Shown: in pieces, positions 40,001 to 51,500 of the stretch | Position numbering within the stretch: position 1 is the first letter of the stretch | Layout of the letters: each line of letters opens with the position of its first letter | Source of the DNA: Raillietiella orientalis | Taxonomy: Eukaryota | Length of the DNA stretch: 64,000 nt | Assembly (NCBI GenBank): GCA_036172245.1 | Contig: JAYWIR010000032.1 | Location: 2,294,001 to 2,358,000 of the forward strand | Direction: 5' to 3' | Notes under the pieces: generated by a model | The model's input: only the letters and a program-made list of their open reading frames with translations | Databases searched by the model: none | What the model was told of the DNA's origin: nothing | Program-made: the position numbers and the translations under genes

Positions 40001-42050
40001 GCGAGGGCCGCAAGCGACCTTGGCAACCGCTTCAGCACACGAAACAGAGCTGCCATGGCTCCTGCTTCTTTGGTTTAAGGGAGGGGAGGGCTTTCCGAAC
40101 CCTCCACCTGATGAGGGTGCGGAACCGGACTTTGCTAATGACTGCCCGATTTGGTGGCTCTTCTTCGAGACCTCTTCTCTCACCGGTCCCCTCTTACCGA
40201 AGTTCTCTGGATGATCCTGGAGCAGTCCTCCAGCTGTTCCACGAGCTGCATCAGCAGGGACCTCCGTTCCACAGAAAAGGTCTGGATTCTGGGATTGAGC
40301 TGCATCTGGGACGGAAACGTTGAAAGACTCGTTGGTCCGAAGGGCAGCAGTTCCCTGTGTTTTCTCAGGGAGGGTCTGCCTTGGCGAGGCGGAGAGCACC
40401 CCCGAAAGGGGACAGCGAATATTTTCCGGAAAGAGCGTTCGGCAACCATGCCCACGGCTGAGTCTTTGACAAGTCTTCGCAATGCTCGCAGAGCGCTTCA
40501 ATCCCGATCGTCTCCCTCTTGCAGCTCTTGCAGGACCACACCCCGAACCCACTTTGTACTCCCGTTCCACGGAAGTCATCGCCCTTGAGATCAAGTCTCG
40601 AGGAGGACCAAGAGGTGCGCATTTTCGTGAAACTTTTGCCGCGCCATTCTTGGCCATCTTGCATACGATCTGCAAAGAAATGGATGGTTCTGGCGGTGCT
40701 CGAGTACCGTCCCATAAATCACATGCGAGTAGAAGTTCCCGTAGCACTTTAGTTGATTCTTTGCAACCCTTTTTTGTGCTTATGGCTTCTGCGGAGGGTC
40801 AAGTGATTAGAGCATAGGCCTGCTTGGCGAAAAATTCGAAGCTCTGAGAAAATTCCTTGGTCGAAGGTAAACGCTTCTTCAAGGATCTGTCAAGCATTCC
40901 TACCATGGGAAGGAAGACCGAAAGCACTCTGGAGAAAACACAATCAATGAACGGGCACAGAGTCACAGAGTCGAATGAAATCAAGAGTTTCCATTTCCCT
41001 ACCTAGGCCGGGACCCAGGAGAGTCGTATTGCAACTACCATTCTGCACAGAGTCTTGCAAGAAATCTCAATTTCAAGTGCTAGCACATGAAGGATCTAGA
41101 TGAATTCTAAGATGAATTCTGAACATGACCTAGTTGCAAAATTACAGCACGCAAGCGTGAAAATACAGCTAAGGAGACGCAGATGTAACATGCAACTGTT
41201 GCAGTCTACCATTTCACTCGTCAAAAATGGACCAGCTACAGATGGTTTCACTTTCTGCCTTTCAGCGTTGGTGGATTTATAACACATGATTTCCTGCTAA
41301 TCGAATGCAAGAGGATACGAGAATTTCGGGTTCACCACGATAGGATGACGAGACTGTACACTTTTTCTCTCTCCCCCCCTCTCTCCTATCAATCCACATG
41401 GTGGCTTCATCCACCACCCTCAACATGAGAAAGCAGCTTCTCTTCGCCCGATGTCCCGGAGAAAAAGCATAGATTTTTTGAAGAGGGAATTGCGGAATCA
41501 GACATGGCGGAGCGAGCATGCGTGCTGACGTCATTGCAGTCTCTCACAACAATGATTACCTCATTGCCGTACTGCTGGAACAGCAAGCGGATCGCTGTTA
41601 TTCTTTCCGTCTCATAGGCTGCGCAGGAGGCGTAGTGCATCGCGAAGCTCTGCAGTTTTTTCAGTTCCTCGGAGCTGCTTTCTTTGAGCTGAAAAACAAG
41701 GCAGGAACTCGCACAGTTGCACGGTAATGGTGTTTACGCTGTCCTTGTCTTAATAAATGAAATAAGTATTCTCGCGAGAGTTTGCTTGTTGGAATTTTCC
41801 GGTTCAGACATGCCCACTGAAATGTTGACTGTATCCCCGCTCATGTCGCGAGGAACATGCATCCCAATCATGGGAAGCTGAACCGCGATTGACGCCGTCG
41901 CGAGTCAGGGACTGAGCTCTCTCGAGATCAACATTTTAGGATCTCGGCGTTTCTGGCAGCGGAAGGCTTTCCGTCCTCCTCTGCTCATCCCACCTTCGCT
42001 TCGTAACGTCACTTCCGTCCGCTCGCGGGTCGTCACGTGCGCGCGATCCC
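40000..42050 (-). mobile_element. Second decayed APE-RT LINE copy in tandem
   Basis: HYAS...NEVIIVVRDCN (41407-41640, IYAP/GDFN-like), SCKTLCRMVVAIRL (~41020-41060), ISFDSV (~40970), IHFFADRM (~40670) and VEREYKVG (~40555). Confidence 0.55.
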
Positions 42051-42525
42051 TCTCCAGCTCACGTGAACGTGGCCAAGAGCTGAAATTGCATATTCACCTT
42101 GGGCTTGGTCCGCAGGAATCCCGAGAAGACACCTGAAATGTTGAGAATGAGGATCCGGATTAGACGAGATCAAAGATGCAGCAAAGTTTTGTCCCAGTTC
42201 AAGGTCGCTGAAGATGTCCCAACTGTACTGCGGGTTGGGTGGCTTTGGAGCGGTCTGGGACATCCGTACGATTGGATCTCTCCTTCTGCGCTGTTGCGAT
42301 AGAAAAAAGTGTTGAAGGACCGCGCAGGCTTCTCTGTCGAAGACTTTCGTTTTCCTCACGATGATGATGCGTGCGGGGCGCAGGAAAGAGTAGGGCGCGC
42401 AGTTGCCGACCGCAAGAAATCGAAAGTGAGCTTGATTTGCTGGTTTACCGTTGCTCGGGGCTGCAGATGATTGCCCGCTTCCAGCGCATCCGTACCATTT
42501 TTCAGAGTCTCAGGGTCTTCGGGTT

Positions 42526-44243
42526 TCACTCCCAAACGCAAGGCGCTGCAGTGCGTCGCATGTGGGCTAGGGTGGGCCCCTGCCGGGACGAACTGGAAGC
42601 GCGGGAAGCGGTGGGTGGTCTTGCCGAAGGAAGGACGGGCTTCGGGAAGCGCGGAAGCAGATGCCCGGTCTGGGAAGGAAGGCAGTAGGTGACCACCTCA
42701 CCGCGGCGGCGGCGGCCGAGATGAGCTACAGAGACGCAGCTTCCCCTCCGCAACCCCGCAGAGCCGCTTCCCGGTTCGCACACACCTGACTTCCAACGAG
42801 GAGGGGGCGTAGCTCCTCCTACGATCTCCTGGTCCGGCGAGGTGCCCGTGGAAGGCGTAGATGGCGCTACGGAGGGAGCGTCCCGCACGTTCCTTGCTTG
42901 CACGCTCTTGCAGCGACCTCGTAGTCGCCCTCTTCTGCTCTCGGCCACTCCCGTTCTTCGAGACACTTCTGCATACGTCCAACGCGAGCCGACGAACCGG
43001 GAAACCGCGGTCGTAGCTACGCGACGGGCGGAAGAGGGGAGGGAAACAGCCATCATGCTTCTGCCGTTGCACGCCACCTGCTGGCCGGTAGAGACCTTCA
43101 GCCCCCTGCATCTCGTCTTTCGAGAACGCGGGCCTTGCCAGTGCTGCCACCCGGAAGAGATTCCGTCTGAGAGAAGGAGAGAAGAAACGGCAGAGAGAAG
43201 AAACCGCATTGTCCGGTAGAGCAGAGCAGGACGGTCTAGGAGTTCCCCCTGGGGCGCGCGATCCCACTCTGGGCAACAACCGGAACCGCAAGTGGCATCT
43301 TCCTCGAAAAGGTCCCGCCGTTTCTCCCGAGACTGAAGCGGATGGTCAAGAGGAGGCGGGGGCGGGCGCCGACCACCTACGGCACGTGGAGCGGGGCGGG
43401 AGGGAGATCGGACGAGGCGCGGTGGCCGGCGAACGACGCGCCGCCCGACCGGCGATCCGAAGTCAAAACTGTCCGGCCGGGTGCAGGGCGACGAGTGGCT
43501 TCCTCTCTTCGTGAGGGTGTCGGCTCTCCTCCCGGCGCCAAGGGGAAGTGGACGCGCGCGGATGGAGGGCTGGGCTCTTACGCACTTTCCATCCCTTCTG
43601 TTGCCGGGCGACTCACCTCTCGGACCTCCTTCCCTCTCACGGGGATCCTCCCCGACGAGCAGCCTCCAGGCGAACAGGAACACGAGCTCCTGTAAGACGG
43701 AGAGGGGGGGCGTCAGCTGGGTATGGGAGGGGAGAAGGCAGGCAGGCGCGCTGGTTGTCAACAGACCCCCCTCGCGCGTTGGCCCAACCAGAAAGTAAGG
43801 GGGGAGGGAAGGAAGAGGGGAAGCGCTCCTCCTCCCCGCACACTCACGATCCTGGACAGACTCTTCTCCTGGGAAGCGATGCTGCAAATGATGTAGAGGA
43901 TGAGGATGGCAGAGAAGGTGACCACGGTTGCTTGGGGATCGAGGGTCTCGGAAACTGCGGTGGGTTCGTCCTCTCCCGTCTGGCCCTCTCCTACAAGGCG
44001 GAAGGGGAATGGGGTAAGGGGAAGAATAGTGGGATGCTCCCTTCCCGTAGGTGCTCCCTCCCGGGGAAGCTCGCTCCGGGGAGAGTGCGAAGGACGCGAA
44101 TGCAGCCTGCCGCGGCGGCATGGGGGGGGGGAAGAACAGATACCCCCCGGCGTACCTGACAAGGCCGTGAGCGGGAACCAGGACGAAAGCGCGCCCGCCG
44201 GCCATTGGTCCTCCGTGGTCATCCCGACTCCGTCCACCGCCAT
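42526..44243 (-). CDS. Unrecognised spliced membrane protein (orphan A); 3' end uncertain
   Basis: Phase-consistent GT-AG exons 44243-44156, 43990-43848, 43689-43617 and 43376 onward give MAVDGVG...ATVVTFSAILILYIICSIASQEKSLSRI|ELVFLFAWRLLVGED...; hydrophobic TM segment. Confidence 0.5.
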
Positions 44244-44498
44244 GCGCTCCACGAGTTTTCTCGCGGGCGAACCAACGGAAAAATCTCCAGTGGAAACGAA
44301 CTTTCCGAGGGCCAACAATGCGGAGCCTCTCGCGTGGCCCTTCCTCGTTGGCTAGCAACGCAGCCCCGGGCGCACGCCCTCCTGTCGGGCAAGAGGTCAT
44401 GGGCCCTCCAGCTCGCGGTCCCCTGCCCGAGCGACGGCAGTTGCGGTGCTGCCCCGGAATGCGCCCACATTTCCCACGTGACACGTCGTTTCTCTCCC
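44244..44498. promoter_or_regulatory. Putative short bidirectional promoter with E-box CACGTGAC (44475-44482)
   Basis: 255 bp between divergent predicted start codons; contains a CACGTGAC bHLH-ZIP type motif. Confidence 0.3.
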
Positions 44499-45925
44499 AT
44501 GTACCTCGCCGCCCACCTGCAGCAGGGGCGCGCCTCCAGCACCACCACCAGCAGTTCCGTTATGGAGGACGACGCGTACAGCGAGTACGCGGACTACGCG
44601 GACGAGTACCGCGACGACGACGAGGAGTACGCAGACGATGACGCTGGCGACGATGACGGGACGGGTAAGGGCGCTGCTGGCGCCACTTCCCTCTCCCCCC
44701 CGTTGCAGCTCTGCCCGCCTGCTCCAGGAAATTTAAGTGCTTGGCCGCGGTCGCTGCCGTCTCGGTCTGTTGGATCTTCCTCGTCCAGCGGTGGAAGGCC
44801 CTGGTAAGCGCCCCCGGAGCACCCGGATACGCGGGAGCGCCCCCCATCCCCGGGGGTGACCATTCCTCCCCTTCTTTTTTCTGGTTTCCGGCAGCTCAGC
44901 TTCCCGCCCATCTCCGGACTCAAGAGGAGGCTCCTGGCGTCTCCTCGCAGAGGTGACTTCCAGAGCAGAGGTGAGCGAGGGACAAGGCAGGGACGGGGCT
45001 CCTTTCTGCTCAATCCCCCTCTTCGTTTTGGCGTCGGCTGTGGGCCCTTTGCCCCCCGCCCTACCCACCGTCCGCCTCCGGGGAGGCAGCGTGGACGTCC
45101 TCCACATCCCTTACCTCCCCTTCCACCCTCTTCTCTCCCTCAGAGCGCGAAGAGCAGGCGCTGCAGGGAAGCGCCAGTAGACAGTCCCCCGTGAGTGCAG
45201 CACACGACTACCGGACCCTCATGTGACCCTCTCCCTTCCCATCGGCAGGAGACGGCACCGCCTCCTCCGCCGGAGATGCCCGCCAGCGGCGTCAGCAGCC
45301 TCCATAGAGACTTCCGGGACGTCACCAAGCGTTTCCTCGATCTGGCGGTCCTGCTGGACGGCGACATCAAGACGTGCCGCTCGGCCGTCCATCTGGTGAG
45401 GGGCTCCAGCAGCATCAGCAGCGCGCCACCGACCGCTTCTACCCTGCAGCAGTGGAGCCGGCTGGGGGCGGCAGCGCCGGCAGAGGGCGGCGGTGGCGGC
45501 CGCCTCCAGGAGCTGCAATCGCTGCACGAGCGACTGCGCGACCACTTCGTGAGGACCATGCAGGCATGGGTACGGTCCCTTCCTTGACTCGCGCGCGCCA
45601 GCCGTGGGGGCGCCTTCCGGGAGGGAGGTCCCCGTCTTTTCCGGGTCATGTTGGACCCGTCCTCGGTGCGCCTGTTCCTGCCCGCCCTGCGGCTGGTGAG
45701 GTACTTCCGCCGCCGTGCTGGGGGCGCCGCTAACACACGGGGCAGCCCGAGTCCCCCTTGTTCACTCACGACCCTTCCCGCCCTCAGAGGGAGATGGAGA
45801 AATTCTCCGGGATGCTGCTTTACCTGTCGACAGGGAAGATCCCCCTGCTGCACGAAGTCTCGCTGGCGTGCGCCCAAGGCTACGACGACGAAGACGACCT
45901 GCAAAGGGAGAGGACTTCCGCCTGA
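44499..45925 (+). CDS. Unrecognised 6-exon single-pass membrane protein (orphan B, ~280 aa)
   Basis: Exons 44499-44664, 44709-44803, 44895-44970, 45144-45190, 45249-45569 and 45788-45925 are all GT-AG and in phase. The product has an acidic N-terminus (EDDAYSEYADYADEYRDDDEEY), a TM segment (CLAAVAAVSVCWIFLV) and a helical C-terminal region. Confidence 0.65.
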
Positions 45926-46377
45926 CCTCCGGGATGGAGACAACCCCCCACCCATCCCCCTCTGGGAATCCAATGCCTAAGAGGCACGGAAAGACGCTCG
46001 TTACACGTTCAGATAACAGAAGGGCATTGCCTTGGGCGTCCCCGGGACCCGGAAACGCAACGGCCGCCCGTCCCCGGCTGCCTCACAAGAGTTTGCAGGT
46101 CAACGGCTCCGTTCTGTTCCTAACCCTTCCTTCACTCCCCTCCTCTCCCCCGTTATTCCCGAGAGAAGCAGGGAGAGGATAGGAAGAGAGGGACACGGGA
46201 AAGCGCGATAAGAGGGAAAAAAGGCTCGTCCCGTCCCCACGGCCCCGCGCGGGAGCTGCCCGCGTGGGGTCTCCCTCCCCCCCTCCGCGACCCACGAGAG
46301 AGGTCACCACCGAAAATTGTCTGGAAGATTCATTAAAGGTCTACGACGAATGCCCGCATGGCTCCTCCTCCACGGTG

Positions 46378-47398
46378 CTAGGGTCTCGGCAGTGCAGCCA
46401 TGGAACTTCCCCGCTTCACCCACGGCGGAGGAACAGGGGCATCACCGGGGTGCTCTGGCGAACTCTGCTGGCAGGAAGCGGCTGTCGTCAGTGCCCGGGA
46501 GGATGGGTTCTCCCGGAGGGGCTGCTTACCGTGCCGGATGGTTGTTGTTGCTGGTGGTGGCGGTAGTGGTCCTCGACGGTGTCTTGGACCACCACCAGGA
46601 TGACTGGCTTGGCGTCCCGCGGATCAGAGGTATCCTCGAGGGAACCTGTCTGCTGCTGCTGCTGAGAGGGCGGCGGCCGGCCCACACCGTGGCCTCCCGC
46701 CGGCACTTGGCACGGTGAGGGTGGGCAAGAGGAGGAGGAGCTGATGAAAAGTGCGGACTGTCAGCTGCCAGGAGGCCCAGGGTACTTGCCTGTTGCCGAG
46801 GAGGAGGTTGACGAAACCTCCGTACTTTCTGGAGAAGAGGAGCCACGCGCCCTCGGTGAGGTTCTTCACGGCACCACCAACGGCCCTGTACCAGGGGACT
46901 GAGGTGCCCCCAAGGGGGCTTCCTTCGCCTGTCCCCGAAGTCTTCCTCCAGATGCCCCCCAGATCCACCCGCGAGACGAGGTGGTGTGCAGCGAAGACGG
47001 CTGCGCCCACGAAGATGGCCGCAAGCAGGGCGCGAAGGACGCCCGCCAGCGTTCTGCGCTTCAGGAGCTGCGCGAGCAGGTAGGGCAGCCAGACGGGCTG
47101 CAGGGTGCTCCAGAGGACCGGCCATGCTTCCCAGGGGTCCGCCGAGAAGGAAAGCACCGTCGCCGCCTCCTCCTCACTTTCGCCTCCGCCGCCACCTCCC
47201 GAAACGAAGAGTTCGGAAACCTGGGGACGGGAGGGGAGGGAAAGAAGGGGGTGTCTCTCCTCCGTCGTCTGCTGTATGAGGGAGTGCTGCCCTTACCGGG
47301 ACGGAACCCAGAACGTGGTCTCCTCCCAGGTGCTGCTGGAGAGGCGCCAACTCCCCGGTCAGGTTGCTGAGGACAACCGGATCGCCGAAGGACTGCAT
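46378..47398 (-). CDS. Unrecognised 4-exon membrane protein (orphan C, ~277 aa); frame stays open upstream to 47980
   Basis: Exons 47398-47297, 47220-46790, 46740-46530 and 46467-46378 are in phase (one GC-AG intron). Hydrophobic segments are WPVLWSTLQPVWLPYLLAQLL and LAGVLRALLAAIFVGAAVFAA. A TATA-like TTTATAAG lies at ~47471-47478. Confidence 0.6.
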
Positions 47399-48566
47399 GT
47401 CGTTGGTGGTAGTGGCCGTCCGAGCATGTGGCAGGTGCGCTGAATCCGTCCGGGCCGCGCGCGAGAAGGCCTTATAAACAAATACGGGGGGCGCCCCAGG
47501 GGTCATGAGCGATGCGCCGGTCCGCCGCCGCCTCCGGCCGTTCGGCAGCAAAGGCGGCAGCCACTGCTGCCTGCCTGCCTGCAGGTCCCGCCCTCGCTCA
47601 AGAAACTGCCCCCTGGGGGTGAGGAAGGCCTCCGTCCGGAGGTGCTGTTGTCCCTCTTCTTCATCGAGGTATCTGGGTCCTTCCGGCGCATTCTCTTCAA
47701 CCACCCTGTGCTCTGCCGCTGCTGCCGCCGCCGCCACCGCATGGATGACATCTTCACGAGGTGCACTTCTGTCAGAGACCGCACCAGCGCTTCTGGCTGC
47801 CCCTGCATCGTGGAAGGAGGTGGCGGCAAGAAGGCAGCAGGGCGAAGGGGAGATGGGGACGGCGTTCCTAATGGCGTCGCCTTCCGGGAACGCCACTGCA
47901 TCCAGGGAATCTCCGGAAGATTCTGCTTGACTACTCGAGCGGGCACGCGCCGGTCGTCTGCGCGGGAGCCTCATGTGCATCTCCCTTCTCCTCCCATTCT
48001 GTGCTCTTCCTTGTCCTTGAGCCGTCTACTCGCCCTTTCCGGCGACGCTAGCCGCCGAGCGGTCTGCAGCACCCCGTGGATCGCTCCTTCACGAGCGGAG
48101 TCTCTCAGGAAATGCAGGAGGGACCGTGCGGCAGGAGAAGCTGCGAGGGAGGGCTTTGAGTCTGGCAGCTCCCGCCGTGGGTGGCCCCGCCGCCTGCCTG
48201 CTTGTCCGGCACACGGAACAAGTCGGGAGGACCCCGCGCCCTCCTCCCTCCTGTCCACGGGAGTCGGTCGCACCTCGGGGAGAGGAAGGATCTCTCTCGA
48301 ACTCTCTCTCCCGGGAACCGCGCCGAAGTTCTGCCGCTCCTCCGGGAAGCGACCCCACCTCCGCTTCCTTCCTCTTTTCAGCGCTGCTCCTTCCCGCCTC
48401 CCCTAGACCGTCCCGAGGGAGGGAGGGGAGCGTGCTCGTGGCTTTCGTCCCCTCACCCCCTTTATTTCTCTCATATTTCTTTTTTTCCCTTTTTTTGTTT
48501 TATTTTTCCCCCTCCGGGCGCTGTGCATGAACCTCCGCCGGGATGCCCGCCGGCGGGGGCGGCCGC

Positions 48567-51500
48567 TCAGCCCAGCTCTGTCAGCACGCTGTTCAGCTCG
48601 GCCTCGGCTGCGCGGTGCAGCTCCTCCTCCTTGCTGAGCTCTTTGCGCAGTTTGTCCATGCCGGCGCGCAAGACGTAGTTCTCCTTGCGCAGCTGCGTCG
48701 TGCAGTCCTCCAGGGAGCGGGTACAGCCCACCAGCTTTCGCAGCTGTGCAGGAAGGGACATCCTCTGGAGGGTCGACTCCCGCGGGATACGCGGAAGCTC
48801 CTGGGCGGCTACTCCTGCCTGGGAGGTCGGGACCGCCGACGTCTCGGACGCCTCCGCCTCGCCGCCAGAGTCCGCCGCCGCCGCGCGGTCCTCCAGGATT
48901 TGTGCCAGGCTGTCCAGCTCCCTCCGGATGGCTTGATGCTTCCGGCGGACCTCCTGGATGTTCCACCGGATCCGGGAGGCGTCCCTCAGCAGCTCCCTGT
49001 TCTCCAGCTTCGCCGCCTGGTACCTCTCCCTGGCGTTACGGAACTTGGCGTGCTGCACGCGCACGTCCCTCTCGAGTTCGCTCTTCCGGGACTCGCTCAG
49101 GGATGCTTCCTCCCCGTCGTCGCCGTTGTTCTCCTCCTCCTCTTCCTCGAAGAGGTCCTCCTCCCCCATCGCCTCCTCCTCTTCCTCCTGCGCTTTCTTC
49201 CTCTTCCTCTCCTCTTCCTCCTCCTCCTTCTTCCTCTTCCTCTCCTCTTCCTCCTCCTCCTTCTTCCTCTTCCTCTCCTTTTCTTCCTCCTCCTCCTGCG
49301 CCTTCTTCTTCTTCTCCCGTGTAGGGAGAGTGGAATAAGCGTCCGCATCTTCCTTCTTCCCTTTCCTCCTCGTCTCCCGGGCGTTTGCCTCCTTGTCCTC
49401 CGCAGCTTTCGAGGGAAGGGAGGAAGGAGGCGTGGGGGCTTCGGTGGAGTCTTGGAGTTCACTCTCCCCTCCCAGAGGACAGGACGCCGCCTTCCCGCCA
49501 TCGTCTCGGACTGGTCCCTCTGGCTGCGTCGGTCCGCATCGCTCTCTCACCAGCTGCTGCGCCACCTGCTCTTCAGGAGCTTTCGAGGGACTCTTGGAGC
49601 CCTTTTTTCGGGGGAGGGAGGGCGAAGCCGTCGCCTCCTTGGCGACGCTGCTGCCACCCTCCTCCGGATGCGGCGTGAAGCGTTTCTCCGGAAGGGCCTC
49701 CTCTTTCTCCTCCTCCCTCGAGGACGTTACCTCGGCAGGGGGAAAACTGCTGCCCCCGTTGCCCCTGGACTCTCCTCTGTCGAGGGTTGCTGCTGCTCTC
49801 CCATCCGGCTTCAGGGGAGGGGTCTCGCTTTCGCCTTCCTCCTCCGGCTCCTCTTCCTCCAGACCAAGCATCTTTCGGTACTTCCGGACCTCTTGCTCGA
49901 GGAGCTGCCGCCGCTGTTCCGCGTCTTGCCGCAGCCGCATTTCCTGGTCCAGCAGCTGTTTGGTCGACTGGAATCGAACAGCGGTCAGTAAGGGTCGGGA
50001 TGAAGAGCGAGATGGGGAAGGGCGAGGCATCCTTCCCACCCTTATTATGGCCGCGCCTTTCCTCATGGCCAGGGGAGCGCCGAACTTTTCACGAAGTCGA
50101 GCATGGAGGAAGAGGGGCTGGACCGGAAGAAGCGCATGGGGGAGAAGTTCCAGAGCTCGCTCTCCGCCCCGTGTCTTCTGGGGTTCGTGCGTGGTCTCCC
50201 CCTCTGGCTATTTTTTGCCCGTGGGCTGGGGGGTGCCTGGTGTACGTATTGGTCAACCAGCGAGCGTCTTCTCACGCGAGCCGAAAATTTCTTATTTTCT
50301 TTTTTTTTAAAAAGGAAAGCTTTTGGCATTCCTGCATAAGATGGCTGTCTGCACCTCGCCGGCCGACCGTTTCGTGGTACCTGAGCTCAACGAGGACGCT
50401 TTCCCTCTTCCCCCGGAAGAGTGCGTTTCGGAATGTCCTGCAGCGGAGCGCGCGCTCAGGGCATTTCGCGGCGCCGGATTTTGCCGGGGGGTGGAGGAGG
50501 CCAAGAGAACGCGTTGCCCGATCCATGCGCCCCGCTGCCACCTGCCTCCTGTGGCGCCCCACGACACATCCCAACGTCGCTACTCTTCCCTCCCCTCGGG
50601 AGAATGAGGGAGTGCCTCTCTCTCTTCCTGCGCATCGGGAAGGGCGAAGCCGGAGGTCAGGTGCATGTCGCTTCCCTCCCTTCGCGCCGCAGTTGTAAAA
50701 GGAGGAGCACTGAAAGGGATGGTCTCCGTCCATACTGGGCCGTGTGCATGCCTCCGAGAAGCAAGCTGCGCTCCAGGAGAAGGGGAACGTCGACGGCGAA
50801 CAGGACAGAAAGCAGACACGCGGACAAACTCTCGGGAAGACGGGCGCGCGCTCCTCCCCAACGCGTGCGTGCTTAACGTTCCAGGAGGAAGAGACGCAAA
50901 GAGGTTCGTGTTAGAAACCTCGCGAGCCTTCGTTGGCACTGGCGCAGGGGGACCTCTGGCACCCGCCCAAATATATTTTAGAGCTTCTACGGAAGAGAGG
51001 AGGAGGAGGGGGGAAGGGAAGGAAGGAAAAAGCGGTTTCGCGCGCGTGCGAGAGAGACGGGGAGAAAACATCCGTCCTCGCCTGAAACGGTGCCGGAGCG
51101 AAATCCGACGTCTCGCCTTCCTACGCAGACGTGCGCGACGCTTCACGTCGTACACGTGTGTAGCACGCTTATGTACGTACACGCGTGCAGGTGTGTATAC
51201 GCGCGCAAGTACCACGTAGGGGGATGCGCGCGCACGTCTTTGTTGCCCGGCGATCCTCCCGGCACCCTCGCCTCTTGCGAGGAGAGGCGACCGGACGACA
51301 GGATCCCGGACGGCACGTTCCCGCGCGCTCCTGGATGACTTATCTTCCCGTGGATCCCACCAAAATAGCAGAGTGATGTATGCGGGAAGGAAGAAACCCG
51401 GGAGAACCCTGCAGAAGCCAAGCCGCTCCCCGTCTCCGTGGTGAAGGGATAGGCCGGAGCCGCACGGTCTCGAGTTATCCCGGGAGAGCAGGTGGGAAGG

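Noticed and set aside
40655..40685. Shared ADR instead of ADD in three RT remnants (~20545, ~40670, ~58325)
   Set aside because: The copies are too degenerate to align reliably by eye; the recurrence may be my selection bias, and another copy (~62010) has LADD.
42526..44484. 652-aa unspliced minus-strand ORF as a single protein
   Set aside because: It runs through obvious introns with pyrimidine tracts in GC-rich DNA; only parts fit the spliced orphan A model.
47505..47930. Plus-strand Arg/Cys-rich ORF downstream of TATAAA at 47473
   Set aside because: Overlaps the open minus-strand frame and looks like GC-rich shadow translation; no splice or family support.
48543..49991. Long plus-strand ORFs (482 aa, 305 aa)
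   Set aside because: Antisense shadows of the GC-rich sals terminal exon.
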